Shown: one piece after another, positions 61,125 through 64,000 of the stretch
How positions within the stretch are numbered: position 1 is the first letter of the stretch
Layout of the letters: every line of letters starts with the position of its first letter
Origin: an uncultured bacterium
GTDB taxonomy: Bacteria; Babelota; Babeliae; Babelales; Babelaceae
Length of the DNA stretch: 64,000 nt
Assembly (NCBI GenBank): GCA_963713855.1
Contig: OY970209.1
Span: 1,457,902-1,521,901, forward strand
Direction of reading: 5' to 3'
Translations under genes and position numbers: made by a program
The notes under the pieces: model-generated
Database searches by the model: none
Seen by the model: the letters and a program-made list of their open reading frames with translations, nothing else
Told to the model about the DNA's origin: nothing

Positions 61125-63200
61125 ATGTTTATATACCTAGGTCCAAAACCCGGACTCATATTTTTTTTCTTCCTATTTTTTGCTTTTACCACGCCATGTC
61201 CCGAGATTGAAGGCATTGCAGAAGACTGTACTTTTGAGCAAGAGGAGAGCGAAGTTCAGGAACTTGTGCAAAAAATTATGCGCCGTAATTTAGCGACATT
61301 AACAGAAGATGAAGAAGATTGGCCAAATGAACCTTTTAGCGATTTTCTTGAGCGAATACAGCGCTATCAAGAGAATATGGGTGCAGTTAAACAAAGAAGA
61401 TTAGCTTTTACTATCTTTAAAAATCATGTTGACCTTCTGCAAGAGCACCCAACATCGATACTTGACGATGTAGTAACCTGGCAAGACCTCAACTTGTTTA
61501 ATAGCGCCCAAGAGGACGCAGCATGCTTTATTGATAAAATAGATCGAACCATTTGCCAAATGGGAAAACCGGTTCTTTATTTTCTTCTTACGCAGCCCAC
61601 AACTGACGGCGCTATCATCAAAAAACGCCAGTCCATTATCAAAGAGCTTGTCGATGACAAGGTACTCTTCGACAAACTTGAGAATGATTTCTTGGCGCTC
61701 AAAGACGTAGAAAACAATCTCCTATCCTTTTGGACAAATGACCCATTTAGGCAAGCTATTGAACGCAATTACATAATACTTCCTCAATCCACTCTTCGTG
61801 ACATTGTTAATCATAGCGAGTTGGCGCTCTTATGTAATGTCATGTTTGAGCATCAAAAGCGGATCGCGTGGTTCATTGCAAGTGGCCTTGCAACATTTAT
61901 GCTTCCTCTTTATGGATTAGCTCAATTAACAAGTAAAACTCAAAGTCCACTATTTTTTGATCTATCTAAGCGATTGATAGGAACGAACAACCCTTCGCTC
62001 GCTTTTATATCAATGATCAATAACAGATTCGTACAAGCAGGGGCGGGAATGATCGGTGGATTCTATTCGAGCTTAAGCGCTGGCAATGACTTTTCGTGGA
62101 TGCAAGACAATTTTACCTCAATGGGGCTCGTTCAATCGAAGCTCATTAAAATCTCTGAATTCATTAAAGCAATGCGCAGCATACGTGCAACAGTGGCCGA
62201 ACATGAAGTTCTCAATAAAAATCTTACATTGATCAACCACCTTAACCTCTTTTTCGATGAAGCGAATGCCGATCACGACTTAAAAAACTTATTTTCTCTT
62301 CTTGAAACATCGACATTTGACAGCGATGCCTCATTGTTTTCCCACCAGGGCCGTATTTTGGCCGCTTACAAATGCATGCACGAACTCAAAACTCGCTTTG
62401 AAACACCATTATGTGCTCTCGGAGAGCTTGAGGCTTATTTTTCTATGGCAAAGCTCTATAAAGAGCACAGCCAGAAAAATGCACGCTTTACCTTCGTTGA
62501 ACTGAAAGAAGCTCAAAACCCTGAGCTCAATATTGAGGGTTTATGGAATATTTTTGTAGGCGCGGATGATTCTATAAAAAATGCTCTCGCCTTGGGTGGC
62601 AACGTGATGGAACGTATCGCCGTCGTTACCGGCCCAAACGCTGGAGGTAAGTCAACGTTTATTAAGGCGATAGCTCTTGCTTTTATTCTTGCTCAATCGT
62701 TTGGTATTACTCCCGCAGACTTTTTTTCATTAACACCACTGTCCTTTATAGGAACGTATTTGAATATAGCTGATGATATTGCTTCAGGAAATTCGCTCTT
62801 TAAAGCACAAGTACTGCGCGTAGAAAAACTCTTAAGCCGAGCGCGCTCACTAAACTCAAATGAGTTTTGGTTTATTGCTTTTGATGAAGTATTTACGGGA
62901 ACAGCAAGCAAAGAAGGCCAAGCTCTTTCTTATAGCTTGGCAAAAGACCTTAGAAACTATCTCAACAACATCTGCATAATTGCAACACATTTTCCACTTC
63001 TTACAGAGCTTTTTAAAGATAACCCTTCTTTTGCCAACTACAAGGTTTCTGCTCACATTAATCAGGATGGCTCGATCTATTATCCATTTATTATCGAACG
63101 TGGAGCATCTTTATAAAATGTGGCTATTGATATCCTTAGGTCCGAAGGATTTAAAAGCTCAATTTTAGATGAAGCCGCATCGCTCGTACACAATTATTAG
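61125..63200 (+). CDS. MutS domain V family ATPase; in-frame TAA at 63114-63116 cuts off the conserved tail
   Basis: TGPNAGGKST, DEVFTGT, ATHF; after the stop the frame continues NVAIDILRSEGF...*. Confidence 0.8.
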
Positions 63201-63220
63201 AAAAATTAGAAAGGTTTTAA

Positions 63221-64000
63221 ATGATCTCACAGAGCTATTTCGTGCTTGTTTTCTTAAGCTCTTTAATAACGCTTTCTTGCTATCCGGAAAGCACTGAAGT
63301 TTCACAGCTGGTCCAACAAAAACCGGCCGATGAAAGACTTATTGAATATCTTCATGAGCATAAGGTGCTCTATCACAAAGACTGGACAGTAGATGAAATG
63401 AAAAAAGCGCTTACAGATGCTCTTTACCATATTCAACACCTGTCGGAGGAATCCGCATGTACTCTTTTGTCAATGCTAGACGGGGATGAACACGAAGCAT
63501 ACGACATACGCAAGTCGCATCTTTGGTGGTCAACAGCAACGTATATCGTACCGATGATGATGGGCATTACTGCAGCCATCGTGTCCTTTAGAGGTCAGGA
63601 TTTTACAATCGATAGCGAAAGCCTTAAGAACGCTGGCATTATTTCAGCACCAGCTATCTTTCTTGCTTTTTTGTTTAACTGTATCCAAAAAGATCAGTTT
63701 AATCATTTTCAGAATGAGATACTGCCTATTTCAAACGAGCTTTACGAAGAATTATTTGAGGCACTTAAGCAAAAAATACACCCAGGCGAGAGTGCTCTTT
63801 CTCTTATAGATGCTTTTGCCAAAACTAAAGTTCTCTATAAAAGAGATTGGGATAGATGCTCCGCCGAAAGAGCTCTTGCACAAGATGTGCTTCGCATCAA
63901 TGCTTTGTCTAAAAGTCAAGCAAAAGCCTTACTTAAGCAGATCAAAAAAGATCAAGATGAGTCTCGAGAACTGAAAGACGACACGGTTTTTCTTGGTTTT
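63221..64000 (+). CDS. Hypothetical secreted/membrane protein, runs off the window
   Basis: ATG 63221 after AAAGG; hand-read N-terminus MISQSYFVLVFLSSL... is signal-like; absent from the ORF track, consistent with no stop inside the window. Confidence 0.5.
   Translation, partial: MISQSYFVLVFLSSLITLSCYPESTEVSQLVQQKPADERLIEYLHEHKVLYHKDWTVDEMKKALTDALYHIQHLSEESACTLLSMLDGDEHEAYDIRKSHLWWSTATYIVPMMMGITAAIVSFRGQDFTIDSESLKNAGIISAPAIFLAFLFNCIQKDQFNHFQNEILPISNELYEELFEALKQKIHPGESALSLIDAFAKTKVLYKRDWDRCSAERALAQDVLRINALSKSQAKALLKQIKKDQDESRELKDDTVFLGF

Noticed and set aside
12929..63116. Stop-codon reassignment (in-frame TAA/TAG in several genes)
   Set aside because: Conserved genes end normally at TAA, TAG and TGA, and most affected genes also carry frameshifts, so decay is the simpler explanation

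Overview
Bacterial chromosomal window, about 35-45% GC by eye. The many signal-peptide, ankyrin and eukaryote-like proteins suggest an intracellular or protist-associated lineage such as Dependentiae/TM6; this is inference only. The right part (39.3-64 kb) is mostly core genome: sppA, mreC, PIN-PhoH, dnaE, yicC, yebC, ruvB, rodA, an nfi pseudogene and a MutS-V protein. Five tRNA genes lie at 39.0-39.3 kb (Asp, Asn, Val) and 58.9-59.1 kb (Pro, His). The main observation is at least 27 kb of accessory DNA (about 12.0-39.0 kb, probably extending further left) anchored at the 3' end of tRNA-Asp. It is divided into self-contained gene modules by at least 11 same-orientation copies of a ~35-55 bp repeat, TGGCGG-TACCTAAGCGACGCATTCAGGAA. 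Its core TGGCGG is the reverse complement of the tRNA-Asp CCGCCA end, and its right arm is the missing C-terminal coding segment of the adjacent large serine recombinase. The modules carry toxin-antitoxin pairs, signal peptide-Hint-polymorphic toxin/immunity pairs, secreted zinc proteases sharing an unrecognised repeat, an S66 peptidase and a TetR-ABC module. The layout resembles an integron-like cassette array built by a serine integrase at a tRNA, rather than by a tyrosine IntI. Family assignments come from motif recognition by eye; no database searches were run.
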